Below, one piece after another: positions 55,296-64,000 of a DNA stretch of 64,000 nucleotides. Position numbers and translations under genes: made by a program. The stretch is from a phage. The notes under the pieces were generated by a model. It did not search any database. It was not told the DNA's origin and worked only from the letters and a program-made list of their open reading frames with translations. Location of the stretch: assembly GCA_025611195.1 (NCBI GenBank), contig GCA_025611195.1_4718.1; one strand, given 5' to 3'. Every line of letters starts with the position of its first letter. Position 1 is the stretch's first letter.

Positions 55296-56663
55296 TTAAA
55301 CGGTTGGACGAACGGTATTGTCTTTTTCTGGTGCGATCCATAACGTGACCGTACCATGGCATGTCCACTGTGGTTCACGTACAGAAGAACCCGCCATCGT
55401 TACAGCGCAATCGGTACGCATGATGACCCCATATGCTTCGCAGAGGTTGTTATCCTGCATCCACACAACTTTAGCGGGCATACCGGGATACAACAGATCC
55501 ATGTTTGCGTATTCCCACACCAACTGCATTGTTCTACCGCGTAATCCAGCAGTATTGCTTATTTCACGCCATCGGTTATCGGTTACGCGTCCCATCCCTT
55601 TCGCCACCTTCACGTTATCGCTACGCTCTTCAGTTACGTACTCGCTAACGTTTACGGTACGACTGATTATGGTATCGCCCCCCTTTGATAATGTCATCCC
55701 CTGACTCATCTGACTTGCCGAAACAAAACGCCCACCCGCATTACCTAACAACGAAGCCGCGTTATTGACGTCGCTTACCGACGCCCCTCTCGTACATGCA
55801 ATTTCCACGTATTTGTCGCGATTGATCCAGGTCTTGTCCATACCCGGAAACATATCGGCAGGATAGTTGTAAAAGATAGCTGTACGTCGACCGTCAGAGA
55901 AACGGGTTTCGTCGTATAAGGGGTAGATATACAGATACGGGGATTGATAATAACAACCGACATCTGCTGAATAAATACCAACCTGGTTCTGGATTTTATC
56001 TACGAGATCCATCGCATTGGTACCGTGTGGAAGAATAAGCAACTTGAATGGGTTGTCGTTATTCGGTGCAACGATATCCACACCCTGCATTTTGAATCCG
56101 GTGTCAGCTTCAACCGCAGAAAGTATCTTGCTGAATTCAAGGCGCAACACATCCAGCACTTTCGATCCAGTATAGTTCTCACCGGTTTCTGATTGCATGA
56201 AGCTTTCAAGAACAGGATCGAACAGTTGAAATTGAAGATCGACCATTTGTTCGTAGTCTTTCTTCGAAGAATCGGTTGCGGTACGTTCGTCGGTAGCAGA
56301 CATACGACTGTCTACGGTTGTTAAACAGACCGCCCGGTAGACATAAGCCTGTGCGGCATCGTCTACGGTTTGGCGTTGTCCGCGCATCAGGCTGTACGCC
56401 TGCACGATGATGCGCATTTTAAGTTGTTGTTGGTACGGTAGAATGTATTTTCCGTAACTGCCTGGTGGAAACTTTACAGAGATATAAAGTTCATCCCCTG
56501 CGTTACGTTCATAGTCTCGATACGTGTGGACTTGAGTCACTAAAGGAACAGACACCGTCATTGACGGCGTGATTAATTCCGCGGTGACTTTATACGCAAC
56601 AGCAACAGCTTCCTGCGCAAACGTACCGATATACCGTCCTAACGGCGTCTGTTTGTAATCCAT
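55296..56663 (-). CDS. putative virion protein
   Basis: 455-aa ORF in a tightly overlapping run of long minus-strand genes near the capsid gene. Confidence 0.55.
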   Translation of the reverse strand: MDYKQTPLGRYIGTFAQEAVAVAYKVTAELITPSMTVSVPLVTQVHTYRDYERNAGDELYISVKFPPGSYGKYILPYQQQLKMRIIVQAYSLMRGQRQTVDDAAQAYVYRAVCLTTVDSRMSATDERTATDSSKKDYEQMVDLQFQLFDPVLESFMQSETGENYTGSKVLDVLRLEFSKILSAVEADTGFKMQGVDIVAPNNDNPFKLLILPHGTNAMDLVDKIQNQVGIYSADVGCYYQSPYLYIYPLYDETRFSDGRRTAIFYNYPADMFPGMDKTWINRDKYVEIACTRGASVSDVNNAASLLGNAGGRFVSASQMSQGMTLSKGGDTIISRTVNVSEYVTEERSDNVKVAKGMGRVTDNRWREISNTAGLRGRTMQLVWEYANMDLLYPGMPAKVVWMQDNNLCEAYGVIMRTDCAVTMAGSSVREPQWTCHGTVTLWIAPEKDNTVRPTV

Positions 56664-56665
56664 GT

Positions 56666-57271
56666 TTAACGACCCCGTTGCTGTTGTTGAATGATGAATT
56701 CTTCGATCTTCGTGCCACGGAATTCGCTGTGACGAACTGCTTGCAGCTGCTCTTCAACGGTTGGACCAGCGTGGAGACCACCACGACGTGCACGGTTGAT
56801 GCCGATGCGACGACGTTGACCGATTTCACGCAAACGTGAAGATAATCCGCTCATTTCGGTTGGGTCTTTAATACGACCGCGTGCAACGTTCCACAGACCA
56901 CCCATGAACTCTTCGAGAATACGACTGGCTTCGAGAGATGGTACGCGTGCGTTAGGATCGTTTTCGAGATTGTATTTAACGTATTCCGTGTGTTCCAGAA
57001 GAAGCATGAACATCTTCATGGCGTTCACGTCAGGATTTGCAATACGCATAGGGACACCACGAGAATGCTTCTCAGCAGCCTGCGGTACGGTGAGCTGTGC
57101 GGGCACCTCTTCGTTCATGGTCATATCGTCGATTTCTGCAACCCCTGAAGAGTAGACACCGCTGACCTCATTGGTGTAATTGTCCACCATGAATTTACGG
57201 GGAATCCAGAATTCGAATTTACGTTCAAATAGACGTTTGGTTGGAGTATCTTTAACGTGTTGTAGACTCAT
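56666..57271 (-). CDS. hypothetical protein
   Basis: 201-aa ORF whose stop overlaps the next start. Confidence 0.5.
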   Translation of the reverse strand: MSLQHVKDTPTKRLFERKFEFWIPRKFMVDNYTNEVSGVYSSGVAEIDDMTMNEEVPAQLTVPQAAEKHSRGVPMRIANPDVNAMKMFMLLLEHTEYVKYNLENDPNARVPSLEASRILEEFMGGLWNVARGRIKDPTEMSGLSSRLREIGQRRRIGINRARRGGLHAGPTVEEQLQAVRHSEFRGTKIEEFIIQQQQRGR

Positions 57272-58584
57272 GGCTCAATAGCTCCTGCTCGTAACAGCAT
57301 AATAACGAACGGTGTGAAATAATAACGGTCCAGCGGAGAAAGCAACGGTAATGCGTCAACCATCTGTTTCAGTGCTGGGTGACTGATCGCTTTCTCATCG
57401 ACCATATCACGCACCATACTCTCAATGATTGTCATTGGGGCTTGGTTGCGATAGAAAGCCTCTGTGAAAACATAGTACGGATCGTCTGCTACCGATGGAA
57501 ATAACGGAACGTCGTCATACTCCATCGATGTATGATTGGTCACCAATGGGTTTGTCGGCGGTGTGTTTTCAGGCACAGCCAACTCTTTACCTACGTCTTC
57601 ACCGAGCGACGTGGTCGCAGGCCACATACAGAATCGCGCCCCGCTAAAACGAATCCCACCTGCAGCTGGGTACTGATAGAAACGCTTTGTTGACAACAGT
57701 GTGAATTTCACCGTCAACCGCGCCTCGTCTTCCCGACGTCCGTCCATGACCCATTCAAAGACAGAAATCGCGTTCGCTTCCTGGCTATCATCTACATTAA
57801 GACGTCCGAAGTTCCATGAGGGTTTTCCTTCAAGCGACGACCATAATTTCGTAAACGCGTTAACACACCAGGGGTCGTAGGTTGCAGCATCTTGACCAGG
57901 AACAAGCAGCGTGTTTAATTCACGGCTGTAAAATTCGTGGTAATACGCGTGACAAAGTCCCAGCGCACGACGGAGATAATCATACTTACGATTGTATTTC
58001 TCCGTTGCCATTACGGGATGTTTTCCGTGCTTTAACTGGTCTTGGTCGTACAGTGTATCCTCAACGATTTTCGCTTCCAGTTCGATAAGCTGTTTTTCGT
58101 CAAGAATACGCTGGAAGGAAATATCGCATTCGTAAGCCGGTGCTAAGCTGATGTTCTTCGGTGTGATTCTGGTGATAGTGTACACCGCGATACGATGATC
58201 GAGACCGGAGATTAACAGCATGTTACCTAAAAGAGGAACCGATACTGCCGGAAGTATACACGTACCCTCGGATTGAAAACGTGCGGTACCGTTGTCGTAC
58301 GACGGCGTCAATGACGACATTAACTTGATAGGGTAATGTCTGATACGACGGTACTGTTGTTCGGCGATATCGCGGTTAGCTTGAAAACTGCTTTGTTCAT
58401 CATCACGACCGAGAATCTGTTCGTAATAATCACATTCTACGGAATAACCGGATGCGTAATTCACCAGTCCGATTTGACTATTGTATTGCTCATCCACCAC
58501 CGCAGAACGATAAACATCGTCGCGAGCCTTCGCAGGCTGTTGGGGGTTGATGATGGGTTTCGCGGGCTTCTTAGCGAGCGCCAT
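57268..58584 (-). CDS. putative virion protein
   Basis: 438-aa ORF overlapping both neighbours by a few nt. Confidence 0.55.
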   Translation of the reverse strand: MALAKKPAKPIINPQQPAKARDDVYRSAVVDEQYNSQIGLVNYASGYSVECDYYEQILGRDDEQSSFQANRDIAEQQYRRIRHYPIKLMSSLTPSYDNGTARFQSEGTCILPAVSVPLLGNMLLISGLDHRIAVYTITRITPKNISLAPAYECDISFQRILDEKQLIELEAKIVEDTLYDQDQLKHGKHPVMATEKYNRKYDYLRRALGLCHAYYHEFYSRELNTLLVPGQDAATYDPWCVNAFTKLWSSLEGKPSWNFGRLNVDDSQEANAISVFEWVMDGRREDEARLTVKFTLLSTKRFYQYPAAGGIRFSGARFCMWPATTSLGEDVGKELAVPENTPPTNPLVTNHTSMEYDDVPLFPSVADDPYYVFTEAFYRNQAPMTIIESMVRDMVDEKAISHPALKQMVDALPLLSPLDRYYFTPFVIMLLRAGAIEP

Positions 58585-60136
58585 AGCGTTTCACTCCTAC
58601 GATGGTACCGACAAGAATTCTCGGTACGAATAAACTACGATGTTTGAACCATGAAGCGGTTGTTGGGATACGTTTGATGGCTTCGATAAGCCCGATTAGC
58701 GTATAACATCCCCGGCTGTTCTTCTTAGGCCAGTACTTTTTATCTAAACCTAATACCGCAAACAGTTCATCCACCAGATTGGGATAACAACACAACGCTT
58801 CAAGCGTCTCAACCTGTAACTGACTTAAATCTAACAGTATCGCCAGACGAACGTGGTAATCACTCCGTAAGTCTAACTGATCTTTCGCTTCAAGATCACC
58901 AACGTCGGTTAATGTCCACGCGTCTCTTGCGTAGCGGTATTTACCCTTCCAAACCTCAAGGAAAAAAGGAGATTGGTAATGGCATTTTGACCATTCTGGG
59001 TACTCGCGGAACCACCGAACAAGATCGGGATGGAATTCACCTTCTTCGGCTAACGCGTCCAACGTCACCAACAGGTTAGGTTGTTCAGGATCGATAGCGA
59101 GTAGCGCGGTGAAAAGCGTGCTTGATGGAAGCTCGGTCTCCACGCTCGATGGTGGCAGCCATTCATCCAAATCGGGATACCGATACGCTTGAATCGATGC
59201 ACCCTGTTCCGGCAAGAACGAATCACGAAGAATGTCCTGATACTGCACCACCATACCACCACGACGTGCACGGGATTTATCACGCACCGAGAGGCTCGGT
59301 TTGTAAAGGTACTCTTCGGGGAGTATCTGTTGGTGTACTTGAACCGGATACCGTGCTACGATGTGTGTTGGTGTGTCGTACGTGTAACGGTAAGAGAATG
59401 TAGCGTTGTACGAAGAACTGTTCTCATTCTTCTCTGGCTTCGGAGCGTCAGTGAAATCAAATTGACCAGAGATCTCTTCTTGCATTTCCCTGATAACCAA
59501 TTTAACGCTCTTACCGTCACCTGCGACTGTCGTCATGGTGGTTGCACGGTTGTCGAACCCGTCTCTAAGGTATTCGCTGAACTTATCCTTGTAACCCGCT
59601 ATTGCTTCTCGGTGTGTGTGAATAACTTTTAACAGCATGAGAAACTGTGTAGGGATCGCATAGCTGTATTCAGCACTGAGAAACGCGGCAACATGCTGAC
59701 TTGTGAGCAAACGTTTCATGTCGTACCACCAACGTTCGGCGGTGACCTGATCCTCGAACCGTTTGGTGATCTGCATGGTCGCAACCATCGTACTGTAAAC
59801 AGGTACTAGCGATACGCCAAGGTTACGGTCTTCAAATACTGGAAGACTGTTTCGTTTGTAAACGGTATCGTACATGGACGCCTGTTCTTCAGGAACAACG
59901 TTAAGCTCGATTTGGATAAACCCGTCAGCAGGCCCTTTTACATCCTGATCAACAACTTGCGGCGGTTGCTCGTTCGCAGCGCTCATTTTAGCGTGAAGAG
60001 CTTCCCCTCGAAAAAGAATATTCTCGCGATTGTAATCCCACCCGCAAAGCTCGCTGATCTGCCGTAATACCGCGATTGCAACTGGACGTGTTACCGTCGC
60101 GTATACGTCATTGATTTTTCGATCAAGTTTAGGCAT
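58571..60136 (-). CDS. putative virion protein
   Basis: ORF 58571..60163 trimmed to ATG 60136 with GAGGA upstream, overlapping the upstream stop. Confidence 0.55.
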   Translation of the reverse strand: MPKLDRKINDVYATVTRPVAIAVLRQISELCGWDYNRENILFRGEALHAKMSAANEQPPQVVDQDVKGPADGFIQIELNVVPEEQASMYDTVYKRNSLPVFEDRNLGVSLVPVYSTMVATMQITKRFEDQVTAERWWYDMKRLLTSQHVAAFLSAEYSYAIPTQFLMLLKVIHTHREAIAGYKDKFSEYLRDGFDNRATTMTTVAGDGKSVKLVIREMQEEISGQFDFTDAPKPEKNENSSSYNATFSYRYTYDTPTHIVARYPVQVHQQILPEEYLYKPSLSVRDKSRARRGGMVVQYQDILRDSFLPEQGASIQAYRYPDLDEWLPPSSVETELPSSTLFTALLAIDPEQPNLLVTLDALAEEGEFHPDLVRWFREYPEWSKCHYQSPFFLEVWKGKYRYARDAWTLTDVGDLEAKDQLDLRSDYHVRLAILLDLSQLQVETLEALCCYPNLVDELFAVLGLDKKYWPKKNSRGCYTLIGLIEAIKRIPTTASWFKHRSLFVPRILVGTIVGVKRYGAR

Positions 60137-60512
60137 CGATGTCATCCTCGCTAATTTCACCATATCCTTGTTGTCGATATCCGGTATAATGAATCAGACT
60201 GCTCTGTAGAAGCTCTTTAACGAGCCCTAGACGCGTTTTATCTGCTTCATTGGACGTTTCCATTAATGTTTCTATTTCGTTGTTTAAAACAGCGTATAGC
60301 GCTTCTAACGGCAATCCTTGGATGATTGGTTTGCTGGTGCCTTCTGGCAATGCCGCAACAGGAATCTGCACGACGGTTTCATGCGCAGTATGCGGGTTAA
60401 TACGACAAATATACATACCTGGTACTGAATGTCGCGGGCACGCCGCTACCAAGCATGTCTGTTGTTGCGCACCGTTAAGTGCGAGTGGTAGAAATTTTGC
60501 TTCACGTCTCAT
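60129..60512 (-). CDS. small hypothetical protein
   Basis: 127-aa ORF. Confidence 0.45.
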   Translation of the reverse strand: MRREAKFLPLALNGAQQQTCLVAACPRHSVPGMYICRINPHTAHETVVQIPVAALPEGTSKPIIQGLPLEALYAVLNNEIETLMETSNEADKTRLGLVKELLQSSLIHYTGYRQQGYGEISEDDIDA

Positions 60513-60563
60513 CGCAGATTCCTGTTTGAAAGATAAGATATCACATGATGGTCGACAGCATAA

Positions 60564-60585
60564 AGCCCACCCCGAAGGGCGGGCT
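60564..60585 (-). terminator. hairpin with UUCG tetraloop (minus strand)
   Basis: Minus-strand AGCCCGCCC-TTCG-GGGTGGGCT followed by TTATGCTG, 16 nt after stop of the 1127-aa gene. Confidence 0.45.
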
Positions 60586-60600
60586 GTTTATGCGCACGGA

Positions 60601-63600
60601 TTACTTGTAGGCACCGCAGTGTGCTTTGATGAGGAAAAGCACCGCTTGCATCGGTTTATTGAACTGTTGCCATAACGTCAATGCCGGATGGAACAACCAA
60701 TCTTCCAGGCCAAGAACAATACCGTAGTTAACGACATTATTAACATCGTTCTCAACGTTGAGTTCGCTATCCAGGAATTTATCGATTGAACGCAGGGCCT
60801 GCATGGCGTTGTCAGCAATAAGCCACGCTTCATGCGCTTCACGAGCCGCACGGAGCAATGCTTCCAGTTCGCTGGTGCTGGCTACCGGTAACTCCTCACT
60901 GGTGAGGTCGTCAGAAACCGTAAACTGGCGATTGATACCGGTGTAGATCCACTGCATCAGTTTCGCCGCTTCCTCGTTCGGGTTGTTACGTGTTGTCGCA
61001 TAGGTCGCGCTCATCTTCACGATATGCGTTTCACCAAGATACGCTTTGGACCCAACGCCTTTACGATCGCTGTCTTTCCACGGCTGTACGGTAGCGACCA
61101 TGAGCTTATCCCATTTCTGAATAGGAATACGCTTCAGACCAACAACCGATCCGGCGGATGTTTCGGACTGGTTGCTCTTCCGCACTTCGCCGAGTTCACG
61201 ATCGATAGCAACGATTAATTCACGCGTCATGTTACCAAGCATTTTGATTTCACCCAACGCAGCGATAAGCTTCTTCACATCGGTAATCGGTTCACCACCG
61301 ATGGTAAGATGACGGATGAAACGTTTCAGAATAATCCGTTCTGCTGCTGGGTTACCGCGACGCGCTTTAGCCAACGCTTGCTGTGTTTCGGCGAACAGCT
61401 TATCCCATGGAGCCGTAGCGGCGGTATAGTAACGGTGGTTGGTTTCAATCCAGTTACCGATACGGTTGACCGCACTCTTAACGGTATCCATGAATCCTTC
61501 CATCGCAATTTCGGTAGCTTCGACGTTACCCTGGAAGTTATCAGGACCGATCTCGCGTGCCGCTACCAGAATACCTTCCACCGCACTCACCGCATGCCGA
61601 CCGATAGCCAGATTTCGCTGTGCTTCTTCAGCACGCTCAACGAATTCCACCACTGCAGGATCGTCAACGATTTCCGCCTCGACAACAACACGTGTACCCG
61701 CATCACCTTCCAATGTCTCGATAGTGACAACCGGATCGTTTTCACCAGCAACATCCTGGTACTCTTCCTGTTTGAGTTCGCCGTTATCGGCCGCTGCGAC
61801 AGCGGTGAGTATACGGACGGTAACATCACCGAGTTCTTTCGCAGCGAATCCGTAGACGGTGCATGCTGTTGTCGCAAAGTTCATCAGTGCGCGTGTGCGT
61901 TTAACGATGTAGCCAACGCCGTAGTCACTACCGTTCTTATCGAGGTCGCGGATTAACCGTTCAGCTGTCTCCTGAAGTTGTGTAGCTGCTTTCAGAAGGT
62001 CTTCGTTAAACAGTTTCGTTGACGCATCGATCAGCATATCAACGCTAACGTTAGACGGTACGGCATCATCCTGCTGTTTCATGGCGCTAAGTTCGTCGCG
62101 GAACTTACGGATACCGTCTAAAGCGGCGTCGGCACTATGTCCGAACGCGGCCACGCCAGACATTGTTGTTGCTGTCAGCATGTCCGTATCAGCGTTTGGA
62201 CTTTCGCCTTCTTTAAGATCCTTCAGCTGGTCGAAGAACTTACGGGATGCTTCAGCGATACGTTTGCTGTCTTTTACCGCGTTTACGATTTTATCGACGG
62301 ATTTAGCATCGTTCGCAAGCAGCGTATCGAGTTTGTTCCATTCGACGTTGACTTTCTTTTCATCCGAAGTATTACTCGGTGGAGGAAGCAGTTTCATCAC
62401 CGGTGCTGTGCGTTGTTCTTTGGTCAGCTTGTTGGCCTTCCCTTCGATTTTTTTCTTATTAACACCAAAGAGATTTTTCAAACGCGCCACGAGGGCTTTT
62501 AAGAACTTCGCGACCGCTTCGTAAACCGATTTCAGAATCTGTTTAAAGCGACCCGGCTGCTTTTCCCCGTCTTCCAGATTAAGATCGCTGTTCAGCGCGA
62601 CATCAAGCTGTTTGTACGATTCCATGATGTATTCGTCTTTGATTTCAGGACGAATCTCGAAGCTTTCCATCGGACCTTCAGCCGGACGGAATTCCATTTT
62701 CAGTTCGCCTTGCAGAGTAGGGTCGACAATGGCGATCGCTTCACCCTGACCATCAGCGTTAAAGCGTTCAGCGTAACGAGTACGACGAACAATAACACTC
62801 TTATCCCCATCAAGACGACGTACCACCATGGTGCCAGGAATGTACGGTTGTTCTGTTTCAATGACGGTAACATCTGTCTCACCTTCACCGAGAATAACCG
62901 ATGCGCGCTGTTCAACAACAGGAACATCTAATACACCACGGGCTTCCAGCTCTTGATGAATTTCGAACGACTCTTGTTTCAGATCTTTATCTTCTTCGTT
63001 TTCGTCGTCTTCATCGTCACCTTTGGTGTTTTCATCACCCTCGGTGGTTTTGGTGTCGGCAGCATCAGCATCGGCGTCTGCGTTGGTGGGTTCTTCGGAC
63101 GCAGGTTCGGCGGTGCCGTCCTCGGTAGGCGTTTCATCAGCGTTATCGACATCAACATCGCCTTGCAGTTCTGTTTCCTGAGCAACTGCTTCGGCTTTCT
63201 GCTCGCCGGTATTACCGTCATTAGCGTCGACAGCAGGTTGTTCGTCAGCGACGGTATCTTCAACCTTTTCTACTTTCTCTACGACACGTTTAATCACAGT
63301 GACTTTGATGGGTTCTTCCGTTGTTTTGGTTTCTGGTACCGCATCGGCTACCGCAGGTGCTGTTTCAACAACAGGTTCTGCTTCTTCCGGTTCGACGACA
63401 CTACCTTTAACACCCTCGGTAGTTTCCGCAGGTTGTGCTGCCTGTTCGATTTGTGTTGGGTTGGTTGGATCGATGGCGTTAGCCGCATCCTGAATCTTGT
63501 TCTTCAGGTTATCGCGGTCAGCGTTAACGGTCGGGTCATTGGTCACTTTCGGTGCCGGTGTTTCGGTCGGTGCGTTTGCCGGATACGGGTTCTTCGGCTC

Positions 63601-63984
63601 TTCACCAGGTGCGGTTGGTACCGCGATCAGAACGAACGGTTGAACATCGTTACCGTCTTCCATGGTCACGCCACCGTTGCTCGGTGTGAAACGAATTCGT
63701 AAACTACCATCGATAGGACGGGTCACAATAACAGCACGCACGACATCCTCACCGTTTTCATCCGTGCTACGAATCACACGAACGGCGTCATCAACAGTAG
63801 CCCCTTCCTCGAGCGTATCTGATTCGATCGTCGCTTCGATGCTGTCTGGCCGTGCCGCTGTAGGTAATGCGATCACTTGCTCTTCTTTATCGGTAGAAAG
63901 CGTTGCTTTGACTTCGATGGGTGTATCGCCGCTTTCCAGGTTAAGATGCGACTTACGCATCAGATCAGCTAACGATTTTTTCAT
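60601..63984 (-). CDS. giant acidic protein (possible head/internal protein)
   Basis: 1127-aa ORF with AGAGGA upstream; central ~200 aa are extremely E/D/T/P/A-rich. Confidence 0.55.
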   Translation of the reverse strand: MKKSLADLMRKSHLNLESGDTPIEVKATLSTDKEEQVIALPTAARPDSIEATIESDTLEEGATVDDAVRVIRSTDENGEDVVRAVIVTRPIDGSLRIRFTPSNGGVTMEDGNDVQPFVLIAVPTAPGEEPKNPYPANAPTETPAPKVTNDPTVNADRDNLKNKIQDAANAIDPTNPTQIEQAAQPAETTEGVKGSVVEPEEAEPVVETAPAVADAVPETKTTEEPIKVTVIKRVVEKVEKVEDTVADEQPAVDANDGNTGEQKAEAVAQETELQGDVDVDNADETPTEDGTAEPASEEPTNADADADAADTKTTEGDENTKGDDEDDENEEDKDLKQESFEIHQELEARGVLDVPVVEQRASVILGEGETDVTVIETEQPYIPGTMVVRRLDGDKSVIVRRTRYAERFNADGQGEAIAIVDPTLQGELKMEFRPAEGPMESFEIRPEIKDEYIMESYKQLDVALNSDLNLEDGEKQPGRFKQILKSVYEAVAKFLKALVARLKNLFGVNKKKIEGKANKLTKEQRTAPVMKLLPPPSNTSDEKKVNVEWNKLDTLLANDAKSVDKIVNAVKDSKRIAEASRKFFDQLKDLKEGESPNADTDMLTATTMSGVAAFGHSADAALDGIRKFRDELSAMKQQDDAVPSNVSVDMLIDASTKLFNEDLLKAATQLQETAERLIRDLDKNGSDYGVGYIVKRTRALMNFATTACTVYGFAAKELGDVTVRILTAVAAADNGELKQEEYQDVAGENDPVVTIETLEGDAGTRVVVEAEIVDDPAVVEFVERAEEAQRNLAIGRHAVSAVEGILVAAREIGPDNFQGNVEATEIAMEGFMDTVKSAVNRIGNWIETNHRYYTAATAPWDKLFAETQQALAKARRGNPAAERIILKRFIRHLTIGGEPITDVKKLIAALGEIKMLGNMTRELIVAIDRELGEVRKSNQSETSAGSVVGLKRIPIQKWDKLMVATVQPWKDSDRKGVGSKAYLGETHIVKMSATYATTRNNPNEEAAKLMQWIYTGINRQFTVSDDLTSEELPVASTSELEALLRAAREAHEAWLIADNAMQALRSIDKFLDSELNVENDVNNVVNYGIVLGLEDWLFHPALTLWQQFNKPMQAVLFLIKAHCGAYK

Positions 63985-64000
63985 AAAGCGTTATTCCTCT

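Noticed and set aside
61309-63702. Several plus-strand ORFs (61309-61956, 61439-61855, 62081-62524, 62953-63702) within the 1127-aa gene
   Set aside because: Antisense shadow ORFs of the giant acidic gene, with low-complexity F/R/C-rich translations and no start signals.
1-64000. CRISPR arrays, tRNA or rRNA genes, integrase or transposase genes
   Set aside because: No regularly spaced direct repeats with unique spacers, no tRNA-like T-arm motifs in the intergenic regions inspected, and no recombinase motifs; the iteron-like repeats at 19032-19396 are too short and irregular for a CRISPR array.

Overview
The window is gene-dense (about 58 protein-coding genes, roughly 90% coding), mostly on the minus strand, and reads as part of a large virulent tailed-phage genome; I found no rRNA, tRNA or CRISPR array by eye. 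Recognisable products include a thymidylate kinase, a RuvC-like resolvase, an SbcC/Rad50-like ATPase with a zinc hook, an RNase H-like fragment at the window edge, a GH108-type endolysin, two long tail fibres with NPHxVTKAQVGLG repeats (one with a C-terminal self-cleaving chaperone domain), and a 740-aa codon-optimised protein that I infer to be the major capsid protein. By inference this looks like a phiKZ/SPN3US-like jumbo myovirus of an enterobacterial host (about 48% GC); that identification is not verified. The most interesting signals are non-coding: (1) a family of at least ten near-identical two-tier GC hairpins at gene ends; (2) an exact 12-mer CACCTAGGTAAT within a 24-nt TATATTAC-containing motif upstream of four minus-strand genes; (3) a 780-bp AT-rich gene-free region with iteron-like GTTATCTTGTT repeats; (4) several perfect palindromes between divergent genes. 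On the coding side there are multiple paralogous families, including a five-member structural family with one short, strongly codon-optimised member, and a cluster of small early-type genes of unknown function. Most start codons were re-assigned by eye from the ORF track (which uses TTG/GTG as M) and are approximate.
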